Source: Conidiobolus incongruus B7586 (lineage: Eukaryota). From it: a stretch of DNA of 46,127 nucleotides. The notes below the pieces were generated by a model, which saw nothing but the letters and a program-made list of their open reading frames with translations, had not been told where the DNA came from and did not search any database. The stretch spans positions 1 through 46,127 of the forward strand of contig JNEM01013625.1 in the NCBI GenBank assembly GCA_000697335.1. Direction: 5' to 3'. The position numbers and the translations under genes are program-made. Of this stretch, positions 1 to 13,703 are shown one piece after another. Numbering within the stretch: position 1 is the stretch's first letter; the number at the start of each line of letters is the position of its first letter.

Positions 1-1622
1 CAAATAAGAAAATAAATTTATTTAAATAAATATTATTAAAAAAGATAACTAGTTTTAAAAACAAAAAAAAGTATTTTATCTTATATATAAATTTATATCT
101 TAACCCCTTATTAATTCAGTTTTTAAGTTTTTAATAATTTATTAAAATATATTAAAATTTATTTTTTAAACTTAATATAATTTTTTTACTTATTTTTATT
201 TTATTATTTTGAATAATTTATTAAATTATTTATATTTAATAATTTTAATTTTAAAATTAAAATTAAAATTAATTGTAAAAAAAAAATAATTTTTTTTTAT
301 TTATTAAAATAATTAATATTTTAAATTAAATTAATAATAAATTTAATTTAATATTTATAAAAATAAAAATATATATATATTGGATTTTTTATATAATCAA
401 GGTTTATAATTAAAACGGTAAAAGGTAAAGTAAAAGTTTATATTTATTCTATGCTTAATTCAACAAGGGTTTTTTTATATGTTGGAAAACCACAATCCCT
501 CTTTTTTTCCTCTTATTTAATTTTTATTAATAAAGGTATAATCAAGTAATGACAGATAACTTAGTGATTATGGGATAAGTTGAAATTATTTGATTAAATA
601 ATAATAATATAAGTGGTTGGCAATATTGCCAATATATATATTTTAAAATTATAAATAAAAATTTATAATTATAATTTAAAAAAAAATAATTATATTCAAA
701 ATACTTAAAATATAAGTTTGTTTTAATTATTATATCTTAAATAATATATATATACCTATTTTATACTCCAATATGTTTAATAGGATATAATTCTAAGAAA
801 AGGTAATAAAAATAAGTTTTATTCTTTTTTTATTGATGAATTAATATAAAATTTATTTTATTTAATTTAATTTTATATAAATTTGTAGATTATTTTAATT
901 CTCTAAATTTAGAAATTAATTTATTTAATTTATTAATTTTGTATTTTATTAAAATTTGATTTCATAATTTTATAATTTGTAACAAATGTTTTTTCATTAA
1001 TAAAAGTTGAATAAAATATTCAAGTATTATTAGTTTTAACAACTAAAATTAGTTTTGTAATTAATTTTTTATTCAATTTTTTTTCTAAAAACTTTGAGTT
1101 AATATAGATTCATTATTTTAACCATTATATCCAAGTACTTGATCAATATAAAAAAGAGGCTAAGTTTATTGGCTCAATTTGGATCACTTAAATTCAAAGT
1201 TGGATAATTAAATTGAAATTTGTTGAGTTCAATCTGGTTTTTCATGGGGAAGGGCTGCTTAAATAATTGAAAAATAGTCACATATTATGATATGATTCAG
1301 TAATGATATTGTAGGATCTATTTCACTTATATAATATGAAAATTAAAGGCATTTTCGCTAATTAATCATAAAGATTCAAAATTTGTTACAAATAAACTTG
1401 AAACAAGAAGATAAATAAATAAATAATATTAAATGTATCAAAATTACAACTAAACACTTAGTCAAATAAACTAAATGATTTGAATATACTAAATTCAATT
1501 GATGAGTTAATGAAGTGTAAATGAAGAAAGTCTTTATGAAGCAAGTAATATGAAATAATCATTATTGTACAATATTGAAAAAATATGAAATTTATTACAT
1601 TGAAGATATACTAAACAAATAA

Positions 1623-1700
1623 GGAATGGCTATAGCAGTGGCGAGTACTGCTATAGTGGAATGAGTGGGGTGACAGGCTCCTTACCACCTGGGACCCCAC
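1623..1700 (-). other. GC-rich tandem stem-loop element in the PMP3 3' UTR
   Basis: Inverted repeats GTGGGGT/ACCCCAC plus CAGG/CCTG (1665-1700) and a perfect 10-bp CTATAGCAGT/ACTGCTATAG (1630-1656). Each hairpin is followed by CATTCC on the minus strand. Confidence 0.7.
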
Positions 1701-1703
1701 CTA

Positions 1704-1877
1704 CTAATACTTCAGTATAATGTATACAGCGTGAATGATACCAGGAATGTACCCTAGAATCGTTAACAAGATGTTAATCAATAGGTCAGTACCACAACCA
1801 CGTTCTAATAAGACACCGAGAGGGGGGAAAATGATAGCAAAAGCGAACTTGAAAATATCGGTACAAGTCAAAGCCAT
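1704..1877 (-). CDS. PMP3: Plasma membrane proteolipid 3 (Pmp3/UPF0057 family), 57 aa, intronless
   Basis: Manual translation MALTCTDIFKFAFAIIFPPLGVLLERGCGTDLLINILLTILGYIPGIIHAVYIILKY* carries the family motifs FPPLGV and LGYIPGIIHA. It is too short for the ORF track and ends TAG TAG. Confidence 0.95.
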   Translation of the reverse strand: MALTCTDIFKFAFAIIFPPLGVLLERGCGTDLLINILLTILGYIPGIIHAVYIILKY

Positions 1878-2006
1878 ATTAGAATACTAATTAATATGAA
1901 TTAATGAGAAGAAAGCTTAAGTGTTTCAAAAGGAGTTTCTTGTCAATTTATACTCAAAATTTGGACTCCATTGACTAAATCAAATTAATCAAAAGTTTCA
2001 TAAAAA

Positions 2007-2015
2007 TTACGTCAT
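2007..2015 (-). promoter_or_regulatory. CRE-like (ATF/CREB bZIP) site upstream of PMP3
   Basis: ATGACGTAA on the minus strand about 130 nt upstream of the PMP3 ATG. Motif match only. Confidence 0.35.
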
Positions 2016-5000
2016 AATCATCCAATTCAAACACTTTTGGTTTGAATCAAACTCTGGTTATAAGTGATAGTTCTTATTCCATTTATCGTAGTTTGAATCT
2101 TTCATATTTAACTAAGTTGGTAATTGTAAGGATGATCTCAGCCCCATTTCATTCGATATGATATCATGAAATCTGGCTAAATTATATGTTTTTATTTGTT
2201 GAAATATTACGTGGATATATTATTCTTTTGCCAAGAATAGGATATTCATCTCAGCTATTGAAAGCGAATATAGATTCAGTGCAATTGTTAAATTGTGTCA
2301 AGATTAATTACTTATTTGCCATTAATAAAGTTTATAAATTTAGATTTTATATTAGCGAATATATAATAGCATTATCAAATATCAAGCATTTTTAACTTTA
2401 TGAACAAAGTAATCTTAATGAAATCACCTTATTAAACTTCAATTTAACCTTGAGAGCTTTTTTGAAAATACCTATGGATAAGAATATTCTTTCTGCAGAT
2501 GAAATCATTATACTTCAATTGATTATATTATATCTTTGAATATTTCAACTGTAAACTTCTTCTTAAATTCAATATAATGTTATGTAAAACTATATCTTTA
2601 TTACTATTATCTATTCATTATTTTCAAAACCAAATAATTTTAGTTTAAATGAATATTAATCCAATCAATTTATTCCAATCTATCAATTTTAATTACAAAT
2701 TAAAAAAAGAATTTAGACTCAATTATTATTTCAAAAAAGTAAATTTACAAAAAAATTAGTTAGTAAAATTAAATAAAAATTTCTTTTTTAATATTATTAA
2801 TAAAATATATAGCTTAATCAAATAATTAATTTTATTATGAATAAAATATTAAAAAAAATTAGCGATTTCGAGGTTAAATATTGCAATTAACTGATGCATA
2901 TATGAAATTATCTTTAATTCTTATATTGATTTTTAAATTTTTGAATATATTAAATTATTATTGAATAATAACTTAATACAATATATAGTTATAATAAATA
3001 AATAGTTTAGCGATTAATTGACATATTTTTATAAAACTAAAATTCCAATCTCATTGAATAATTATATAATATAAGGATCATAAACTTTAGTTGATATTTT
3101 AGTGGTTTTTAATTTATTTATTCATTCTTTTATAAATTATAATTATATATATATCAAAATTTAAGTCTATAATAAGTTCAAAATATTTAATATTATTGGG
3201 TATTATATTATAAATTAAAAATAATATAAAATTGTTTAAATTTCTTTTTTAATTTATTAATTTTCTGTTTTAATATTGTGAAAATTAAAAATATAAAATA
3301 ATTAAAATTTAACATATAATTGAAAACTTAATGTTATTGATATTTTTAATAGAGATAATTTTAAAATCTTATATACATATATATATATTTAAATTCCCAT
3401 ATCTAATATTCAACTTTCAATATTTTGAATATTTCAATAAAAAATATTTAATATTTTTTTTAAAAAAAAAGAAAACAAATTTAAATTCTAATATTATTAA
3501 ATTATTTTAATTTTTTAAATTTATCAAAATTTATTATTTTTATTATTTTCCCTTTTTTTATTGAATTTTTCTAATAATTTGAATGATTTGATCAAATTTT
3601 AGTTTTTCAACGTTCAATAAATTAAACATATAATTGAATATATATATGTATATATATATATTGAAATAATTGCCATATTAATATTAAGTCAATAATGATA
3701 TATATTTCATTAGATTTTTTATATTATTTTTTTCAATCGTTATATTCAATAATTATTTTCAAATTAAATGATTTTTCCAATATTATTATTTGTTTAAAAG
3801 ATATATTTTTAACCAATATGAAAATTATATATCAAAATAAAATATAATAACAATCAATTAATGTTATCTTCAATAAATATATACAGGCTTTGGCTCTATA
3901 AATAAATTGATATAGATTTTTGGTTATTCTAAATTATTTTCAAGTTGCTATTTAATATAAATTTGTTACCAGTATCATTGATACTAAATCATATTAATAT
4001 CTCATACAACAACACCTGCGAACCAATTCCAATACTACTATTATAAAAAAGTTTATTAATTATTTGAATTTACTCAAGACATAATTTTGGGTAATATTTA
4101 GCCAAATAATTCTCTTATTTGAATATGTTATTCCAACAATATTAAAAAATAAATGGAGCATTCTTTTATTACATAATAAAGTGTGTTGATTTTAATTAAG
4201 TGTTTTTATGATAAATTACTAGTTTTTAAAATCGAGGGTAAATTGTTGGTTACCATCATCCAGTAATAAAAAATAGTGTTAATTTTCGATATTTGATTGT
4301 GTAGCCAATTTGATAAATATATATTATTAGATTTAAATCAACCAAAACTAAAGTTAATTCATTGTCTTAGCAAGAGATATGGCTTAAATAATTTAAAACA
4401 TATTTCCAAATAAAATAAATAGTTAGGATATAAATAATATGAAAGTATTTTGATTTAAAAATATTATAATACAATTGAATTAATCAAATAATGCATTGTA
4501 TTTTCTGTAACATTCAGTCCATATCTACAATGTTAAATTATAATTATCTGATACGGATAACTCCAAGATATATATAGTATAAAGCTCGAACAAATGATAT
4601 TAATATTACTTATACCACATTTTTAAAGTAAAATAAAACATTAATATTATAACAGTTATATCACTACAAACATATTTGATCAATCTCAAATATTACTGAT
4701 TAATCATCTTATTCCCAAATAACTCTAATAATCAATCACTAATTATCAATTTATATAGTTATAAATTACTTTTGACTAATTGAGTTACAATTGAATTTAA
4801 TTAATATCAATTTCGTAATGTAATTTAATTAAATTTCATAATACTCAGTAATTGTGATTAATAAATGATCAATATGATTAAAAAAGTATTAAATATTGTT
4901 GGTAATAATAAAGTTATTAAAATATAAAATTATCATATTGAAACTGTTTAATAAAGAAAAATACTATTAAAAATTATTATATTGAATACTTATATTTTTA

Positions 5001-6372
5001 TATTATCCAATTTGTTAAAGTATTTTAAAAAATTCAATAATAATAATAATAATAATAATAATAGTAACAATTTTTATTGAATAAATAATTTAAATAAATA
5101 TTAAAAAATTGAATTAAATAACTAAATAATTTAATGTGAATAAATTAATTATATTTCTTTTTAAAATTTAATTCAAATAAAAATTATTATTATTGATAAT
5201 GGATAAAATAAATAAATAAATAAATAAATTTTCTTTTTGTGTTGAGAATTTTTCAATATAAATTAATATATGTATATAAAAAAGAATTTGATAATGTTAA
5301 TAATAAATAATTGAATATTAGATCTAAAACTCAAATTAAAAATCATATTATTAATTAGCTTTTAATTCTTAATCGTATAAAATCCAAATTTGTTTTATTA
5401 AAATTTTATTATATATATATATATATTTATAATATATATTTATATATTAATTTGAATTTGAATTTTATTTTAAAAAGAAAAAAAATATATATTAGATCAG
5501 ATGATAAAATTTTTCTGAATAAATTGGGAAAAAAATTATTTTTAATTGGAAAAAATAATTTTTTAATTTAGAGAGGATTTTAGATAATTAATTCAAGTAT
5601 TAAATTTGATATTGGTTAATGTTTAAAATGAATGATAATTTATACTAATCATTCAACTATCAGTTATAATTATATAGAATAATATGAATATACTTTGAAT
5701 TTCTGATGATTATATTAACTTTGATAAACAAGTTACATATACCAATAATTAACCGATTAAATAATGATTTTTAATTCAATTTCCCTTATAAAACCTGAAT
5801 TAAACTATTAAAGTAAAAAAAATTAATAAGAATTTTATTTTTGTTTTTTAATTTTATATTAAATTTATTAAAATAAATTGTAAATTATTATTGATATATT
5901 TTATTGTAATATTATTAGAGTTATTATGATTGAATAAAATTGTGCATTGATTAATAAAATTTGAGCTACGTAATAGAAAATTCGATTGTTCGATGCAATT
6001 TGGCTTGGTTATAAAGAGTACCAAGAATAACAGTGGTAAATGCTCACCTTTTTTTCCACATAACTTGAATGTGTTAGGTAATCAATGTGAAAATATTAAT
6101 ATTTCTCTGGATATTTACTAAGTATTGGTTATTATTTGTAGTTGGCATGGAATGGAGATTGATGATTGGTCCATTTCCAAAAACTTAAAGTGGTAATAGT
6201 GAGTTTTAATTTGAAAATTACAGCATTAAAAATTTTGCGGATGATTCAGAGGTGGTGAGTAATGGGTGTGTTTAGAATTTGGATAAGTATTTAAGTACAA
6301 AGGTTATATCTCTTGATCCTCAATTTATCACTTATATTGAATATTATTAAATATTTAAAAAAAGAAAAAAAA

Positions 6373-6998
6373 ATGTCATTTGTTGAAAAACTCAAAGCTG
6401 AAGCTACTTCTTTAGAATACACTATCTACGCTCAGTGGACCGCTGTTATTTCTGCTATTTTACTTATTATTTTTGGTATTACCAATTTTATCTCATACAT
6501 CTTTGTTTTCTCTATTGTCGGTTGGATCTTCACTGCTATTATCGTTATTTTGGAAGTTCCTTTCTTTACTTTGATGTTTAGAAATGGCAAATTGTAAGTT
6601 TATATATATTGAAATAACTTTAATTTTAACTTATATTTCTTCTCTTTAGTGAAGGTTTCCTTTCTAAATTTGAGAATCCTGTATTCAGAGCTGGTGCTTA
6701 TTTAGCGTAAGTAATTTCGTAAATTCTTAACGATCTTAAATTGATATATTTTATCATTTAGTGCTGCTATCGTTATGTACCTCTCAGCTATTATCCAATC
6801 TTCAGGTTTTATTGCTTGTGGTATTATCTTAACAATCACTGCTGGTCTCTATGGTAATTATTTACATATTTATTGATAATTTACAATGATATCAATTAAT
6901 CTGAATTAGGTCTCGCTATTATGCGTCATCAAGAAAGAGTTTCTACCGTATTATTGGGTGGTGAAGGTATTCTCAACTTACCCACCAGCAATGTGTAA
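6373..6998 (+). CDS. TVP18: Golgi membrane protein Tvp18 (COPI-associated family), 4 exons
   Basis: MSFVEKLKAEATSLEYTIYAQWTAVIS...IVILEVPFF...FRAGAYLAAAIVMYLS...LLGGEGI. GT-AG introns (first 6594-6649) keep the frame to TAA at 6996-6998. Confidence 0.85.
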
Positions 6999-7538
6999 AT
7001 ACATCCTGCATCATCTTTAATTCAATAATAATTTAAATATTATTGAACAAATTTTATATTTGAATCATGACTAATTCCCCTCTATTAGCTTATGAAAAAT
7101 ATATTAGAATTAAATAATTTGATTAATATCAATTATTAAATTATTTGTATTATTCTCCATTATACAATACTTTTTTTTAACATATATATCATATATAATG
7201 TAATATGAATATTTTGTGTAATATAGATTGTTAATATTTATCAAAATTATGAAATTTCTATTTTTTAAAGAAATATTTCCTTTATTTTCTCATTTTATTA
7301 GATAATTTAGAGTCTGATTAACATCATCAGTAGCCATTATTCACATATCAAATTCTCTCAATTAAATCATCATAATTAATAAAGTTATTGAATTTTAGTG
7401 ATAGTTGAATAAATAGAATTAATTGTTTTATACAGATTCTTGAAAAAAGTTATATTTATTTATATTTTATAATTTAATAAATATATATATATTCATTCAA
7501 TTCAAATTTGTATCAAAAATTTTAATTAACTTTAATAA

Positions 7539-8338
7539 ATGAATCTGTCAGAAAGTTGTTGTAATACAGTCCCAGTTATCTCCAATTATCAAGCTGAAGG
7601 TCAATACGAACAACTCAAAGAGTTTCAAGTATACCGTTTTGGCCCTCAAGATAGTGAATTTACACTTATTGGAATTTACGATATTTGTGGTTACCAACCC
7701 AATACTCTCCAATTTTTGGATCAAATCGCCAAAAGTTTAAATATACAACTCCTTGTTCCTGACTTTTTTAGGAATGGAGCTTGGCCTGTTGAGGACTTTC
7801 CTATTGCTGAGTAAGTACATAATTTTTATATTAATTTTAATAATTTTTTTTAGATTTAATTTAATAAATTTATTTTAGTAAAATAAAATTTCAGAATTGG
7901 CTCAAATCAGCTGGAAGTTATGATATTATTCGACAAGATTTAAAGGATGTAATCCAACATTTTGGTCTAAATAAAAATAATAAAAAAGTTGGCATAATTG
8001 GATTTTGTTGGGGTGGTTTGATGGTCACTAAGGCACTATCCGATTCTGAATTGCCACTCGTCGCTGGAGCTATGTGCCATTCAGCGTTCCTTCAGCGAGA
8101 AGAATTTGAAAAAATTTTGAAACCTGTCTTGGCTCTCCCATCGAAGGATGAGCCCGATATGATTCCATTTTTCAGTTCTTTGAACTCCAACATCAAAGAT
8201 TGGTCCCAGCACGAGCGCTTCGATAATATGAAGCATGGGTGGTGCGCATGTCGAGGTGATCTAAACGATGAACTAGTTAAGAAAGAATATGCCAGAGCTA
8301 ACAATTTAGTGATTAATTTTTTCAAAAAATTTATTTAA
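7539..8338 (+). CDS. Dienelactone hydrolase family alpha/beta hydrolase (Aim2-like), 2 exons
   Basis: SESCC N-terminus, YDICG, VPDFF, nucleophile motif GIIGFCWGG, KDEPD and MKHGW..RGD. Intron 7811-7878. Confidence 0.9.
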
Positions 8339-8486
8339 ATCAACATTAACCATTGCATGAAGGTATAAATTTACATTATTAATTAAATTTATTTTAAAAT
8401 TTTTTTAATAAATAATATAATTATAAATCGAATTAATATCTATTTTTAATAAATGATACTCTATTGATCGATACACATTAATTGGT

Positions 8487-10260
8487 TTAAATTGCTTGAT
8501 CTTTGGCATGTGATTCGTGAGTATATCCTCTGGCAACACCTCGTCTTCCCTCCTCCGCTTTTTTGACTTCAGTCTGGCCAATTGCAGGATTCAAACCAGT
8601 GTATTCTCTTGAGTTCAAGTATTCACCACTGGCACTTCCAAATGCGAGGGCAATTTCTTTAGTGTGACTATTAATAGTGAGAGCATTCAATTGATCAGAT
8701 GTCTCTTGAGCATCGGGTTGATAATTCCTTCTCTTAACGAACTTTCCTGTGATCAAAGAGAAGTGAGGAGCATCTTCATCATCACTATCTTTGTTACTAA
8801 CACTGTCATTTTCAGCATTTGTAGATTCCTTCATGATGGTTTCAAAATCAGTAACCATCTTGCCACTCCATCCCAATCCATCGTCCAATGCTAATTGTAA
8901 TTCGTAAGGAGTAATAACTGGCTTATAGAATTCTTTAGAGTCAATTAAACTGTTTTCTGGACATGCAACAAGGATAAAGACGTCAATTTCCATAAAGTTA
9001 GCCAATTTGGCGACGTTTAATTTGCCCATAACGAATGTGTAATATTTTTGACCTTTGGATTTGATCAATTGTTTCAAATGATCGATCATTGGAAGGAAGG
9101 AGCCAACACCCAGTGTTCCTACAAGGATGCCGAAAACTGAAGAATCTTTGGCAGTGGAAACCAAGCGATAGCGCTTCATAAGTTGGCGATTAACATTAGC
9201 GCTCTGAAGCTCACATTTCATAGTGGAAGGATTGTATGCATAGATAGGTACTGAACTGTTGGTAATAATTAAATGTGATAAACCCAAACTTTCAGTCCCA
9301 ATGTATAATACTAAGGATTCACTCAAATCAATCGAAACACCCTCTTCCAGCTCTTTTTTGGATTTGATCATATATCTTTCTCCAAGCTTAGAATGACCCA
9401 ATTTAGTTTCTAAATAATTTCTATCTCTAGCATCATCATAGATGTGCTGGGTTTGGGGCGCTATTGTGAAAAGGATTTGCTTATCTTTGAATTCTGATTC
9501 CAATCTATTGGCAATGGATTCTAATAAATTAAAAATAAGACATAAATATAATAATGTTGAAGATATAGCATATATTACCAAAATCATTCACATAATCGAG
9601 TTCACCAGTAATGATAATATGTTTAAATTCGCCATCGTGATCACTGATACTTTGCTTGAATTTTTCTATGCAGTCTTGGATGTCGACAGAGCGTTGACCA
9701 TAGACATAGATCACAGGATATTTGTCAACTCTATAAATATAATGAATATTTGAATAACTATTATTGTGATAATAAAAGTACCTGGTCAAACAAGAGTGAC
9801 CATAATGAATAATTACACCAGATTCAACATGTGATACTGCAACTTCATCAACGCAACAGCTAAAAAAATATTAATCACCTATTAATAATTCACAAAAATT
9901 TTATATACCTTCCATAAGAAGTATCAGCAAGAATGAAATTTGGTTTCAATGTCAATTTATTTAATTGCTGAGAAACAAAATTCGAAATACCCAATAATTC
10001 GTCAGGAAATTGTAAAGCTATCTAAATTACATATGAATAACGAATCTAAAATAGTTCTAAATTATCACTACTTGCTCATATCCCTTCTCTGTTATAATAT
10101 TAGCAGTTTGTTCCAGTTGAAATATATCATAAATTTCGGAATCTGACAACTCGGTGTATACATTATGTTTCACTTCGACAGTTCTCTGAATAGCTGTACT
10201 TCCATCGTCGGCAATGGGTACAGGGTTGGATAATTGGTTGTTGGTTGTTATATCATTCAT
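8487..10260 (-). CDS. DPH2: Diphthamide biosynthesis protein 2, multi-exon
   Basis: Spliced translation gives IALQFPDELL, FILADTSYGSCCVDEVA, IIHYGHSCL, GILVGTLG, GKLNVAKLANFMEIDVFILVACPE, PVITPYEL and C-terminal EGRRGVARGY. Confidence 0.93.
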
Positions 10261-13200
10261 AATTCTATTTTTTTTTATTTTAATTTTGATCTAATATTGT
10301 CAGATATTTTAGAGAGTTAATAGCTTTTAGGCTTTAAATTTTATTGAAAAATTGTGGGATAATAAATAATTTCATAATTATCTTACTATACTAATTATTA
10401 AAAAAGTTTGAAACTTTTCATTTTTATTATTTAAAAAAAATTAAAATATTATATATTTATTAGATTTTTAGATATAATCAAGAAATAGTAAAATAAAGAT
10501 ATAGTTCTTGATTCTTTTTTAAAACTATTAAATTAATATTATCATATTTTTAAAAATTACCATAATATTAACTAATATTACTTTGTATTTTTAATAATAG
10601 GAGTTTTTTGCAATTGAAAATAAATAAATAATTTAATATGTAATATATAAAAATAAATATATAATATAAATTTAGTAGTCTCTTTTATTATTAATAACTT
10701 TTTGTTATACTTTTAACAAAGATTTAACACTTAAAAAATAATTCTTTTTATTAAAAACTAAAATTTGATGTTTTATAAACTGATTAAATTTTCTTGTAGA
10801 AATTTTCTTTCTTACAAGTTAATTTTTTAATTACCTAAAGTAATTATAATCATATAAGTTATAATTTAAAGAATATATTAGATGTAATAGTTTTTTCTAG
10901 TTGTTTTTAATTAGAAAGTTTTTTATAGCTTTAAATTTATATATTTTATAATTATCATGTAAAATAATAAGTTTTTTAAATTATATTAAGAACACTAATT
11001 AAAAATACTTTTATTTAAAAAAACAATATAAAATTTATTATTAATTAATTTTCCTTCAAAAATTAAATAAAAATAGTATATACCATTATAATTTATTATA
11101 ATAATTAACATTCACTTATTAATAAAATTTTTATTTAAAGGGATTTGTAGAGGGGGTTAATGTAACTTAATCTAATATTTTAATTTATATTTTAATAAAA
11201 AATTATACATAAAGATTTAAGATTTATTAATTATATTTATTCACTATAAAATTTTAAACTTCTAATATTATTTTAGTAAGTTTTATTTAATAATTATTAT
11301 TTTAACTTTTTTTTAAACTTTAGTTAAATTATAAGGTATTTATTATATATTTTTATTTATTAATTTAAGTTTAAACTTTAATATATATAAAATACTTATA
11401 AAACTAATATTAAAATACTTAAATAATTCTTTAACTGAAATAAAAAGGTATTTTTCAATATATTTTTTACTTTATTAATAATTAAAAGAGTAATAATTAA
11501 AGTTAATTTTTTAAATTTTAATAAGTTTTAAATAATTTCTTTCTTAGCTTTAAAATAATTTACCTAGTAATAAATTATTGATTTAAATAATGTTTTATTA
11601 TTAAAAGCTGCTTGTAAATTTTAAATGATTTTAGAGAGTTTATAGTTAAGTTTTACTAATACTAAAATAAAAAACTTTTGATGATTATTATTTAGTTTAA
11701 GCATAATTAAAATTAAACAGCTAATTTTAAAATGTTAATTTTTTAATCAAAAAAATTATTATATATTATGATAAATATATAATTTTTTATTAACTTTGTA
11801 TATATTTATTTATTTCAAATTAATAATATGTTTGAAAAATTAAAAATTAAAAAATTTCCCATTACTCTAAATTTAAGGTAATATTAACAAAAATTAAATA
11901 TTTTAGTTAATTTAAGTTTTTATTATAATATAATATATAATTATCTATTTTAATTGATGTTTTGAATAAGATAGCCATTGTAATGCCTTTTCTTATTATA
12001 AGTATTGACTTTAATATATATTTTCTAATTAAACTATATTTTATACAACTTTAGAAACCAATAAATATAAAATTATAAAAAATATAATTAAATGATGAAT
12101 GTATAATTTAAAAATATAATTCACATAAAAATGTAATATACTATTAAGCTTAATTTTAATGATAATCAAAGACAAAATATAAATATTTAAATCCAAAGTT
12201 TTATGATTTTTATGATTTTTATGATATTTAATTAGTTTTTAGAATAAATAAGAAAATTATTTAGATTTTAAGATATACTATATAAAATATAATGATTATC
12301 ATATATTAGTGATCAAACTCAACTGTGACTTGTAATTTTTAACCATTTAAATATGATTAAAATAAATATTATATTTTGATTAGTTTATCATTGTTGACAA
12401 ATTGATTAATATTTAAAATTATGTATCATTATAACTATTACAATCATCTTCAGTCTTAATTTGTAAATATATTCAAATATACATCAAAAGTCAACATGTA
12501 TTATTGAATAAATTACTAATAGTTTAGTCTCTATCACCGATTTGAAAATAATTAATACAATTTAATTTCAATTAAATCATATTTGATTATTGTATTAATA
12601 AAACTTTAAATGGTTATAATAAACGTTGATTTAAAAAAATTGGAATAATATTGAAGATTGAATAATTTTAATAATATTTCAAAATATTTTTCGTTAATAT
12701 TTAGAGATGTCTGATGAGATTCACAGTTCATCAAGTTTGATGATATATACAACAGATTTTGATACTGAAAAGGTTAATTTAGTGTAAAAAAGAAATTTGG
12801 AGTTCTGGATCATTGACAGGTAGCAGATTTTCTTATTTCGAAATTAATACATATTCTTTATTGTATATCTTCTTCCATTGATTAAAATCTCAAATGTTAA
12901 TTATCTGGAACCTACAATACTTAAAATCATTATATTTTCAATATATAGATTTGTTAAAGAGTTAACTGTTTGAAATAAAAATTCAAATTTATATTTAAAA
13001 ACTAAATATAATATAGTATTAAGAGGTATACTATAATATTAATTTTTGTTATAATGAATTTAACTGAAAATGAAATGAAGAATTTTGCTGTAGGTTTGTT
13101 GTCATACTTTATATAATTAGATTTATGTACCACAGTTAAAATCTGAATTATATACCATAAAAATTACTGATGCTTCAATATATAATCTTTTATATCCAAA

Positions 13201-13703
13201 TTATAACAATTTGACCATAACTTCAGCAAAACTCAATGTCTATACTTATTTTAAATTATAACATATTTTATGACCAATTGAATATACTGAAAATTGAAAT
13301 TGTAAAAAATTATTAAATGATTCGAAAAAATTTAATTTTTAAACTAAATCATAGAAATAAGCAAATCCTAATTCATCAATAACAGTCCAAAAATATTCAT
13401 CATTAATGAGTGAAAATCTGGTAATAATTGATGAATTTCCTAATTGAACAGGGATTTAAAAACAAATACCAAAAAAGATATTTGGAGACTGTGAGATTAA
13501 AATAAGTTAAATTTCATTCCAATTAGAAAAATGATTAGCTTTCACTCATATTATTTTTACCTATAATACTAGCATTTTAGAACGAATTATAATATAATTA
13601 TTAATTAGTATTAGTTATATAATTTTTACATTAACTTAATTTAGTAGTTGATATTGGAATATATTTTTATTTATTATAGTCAAATTTGTAGCTTTAAACA
13701 AAA

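Noticed and set aside
1611..1706. Readthrough extension or SECIS-like role for the PMP3 hairpins
   Set aside because: Two consecutive UAG stops, no in-frame UGA, no SECIS core, and the extension peptide is featureless.
2186..2395. ORF-track ORFs 2186-2395, 22777-22965, 33036-33299, 33693-33890 and 33790-34005
   Set aside because: Low-complexity I/N/K/F/L-rich products expected by chance in AT-rich DNA, with no motifs or splice support.
3850..4750. Possible degraded membrane-protein gene; similar weak coding-like patches at ~1100-1600, 29750-30300, 35880-36010, 40120-40400 and 44990-45100
   Set aside because: Frequent stops in all frames and no identifiable family.
100..11160. TTAA-CCCC (~100) and GGGGG-TTAA (~11152) resembling piggyBac ends
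   Set aside because: No complementarity beyond the C/G run, and 11 kb of ordinary host genes lies between them.
10300..13600. Extremely AT-rich tract as a RIP-like or decayed transposon or gene relic (short coding-like patch ~12707-12850)
   Set aside because: No recognisable protein motif or terminal repeat by eye. It would need a translated homology search and dinucleotide indices.
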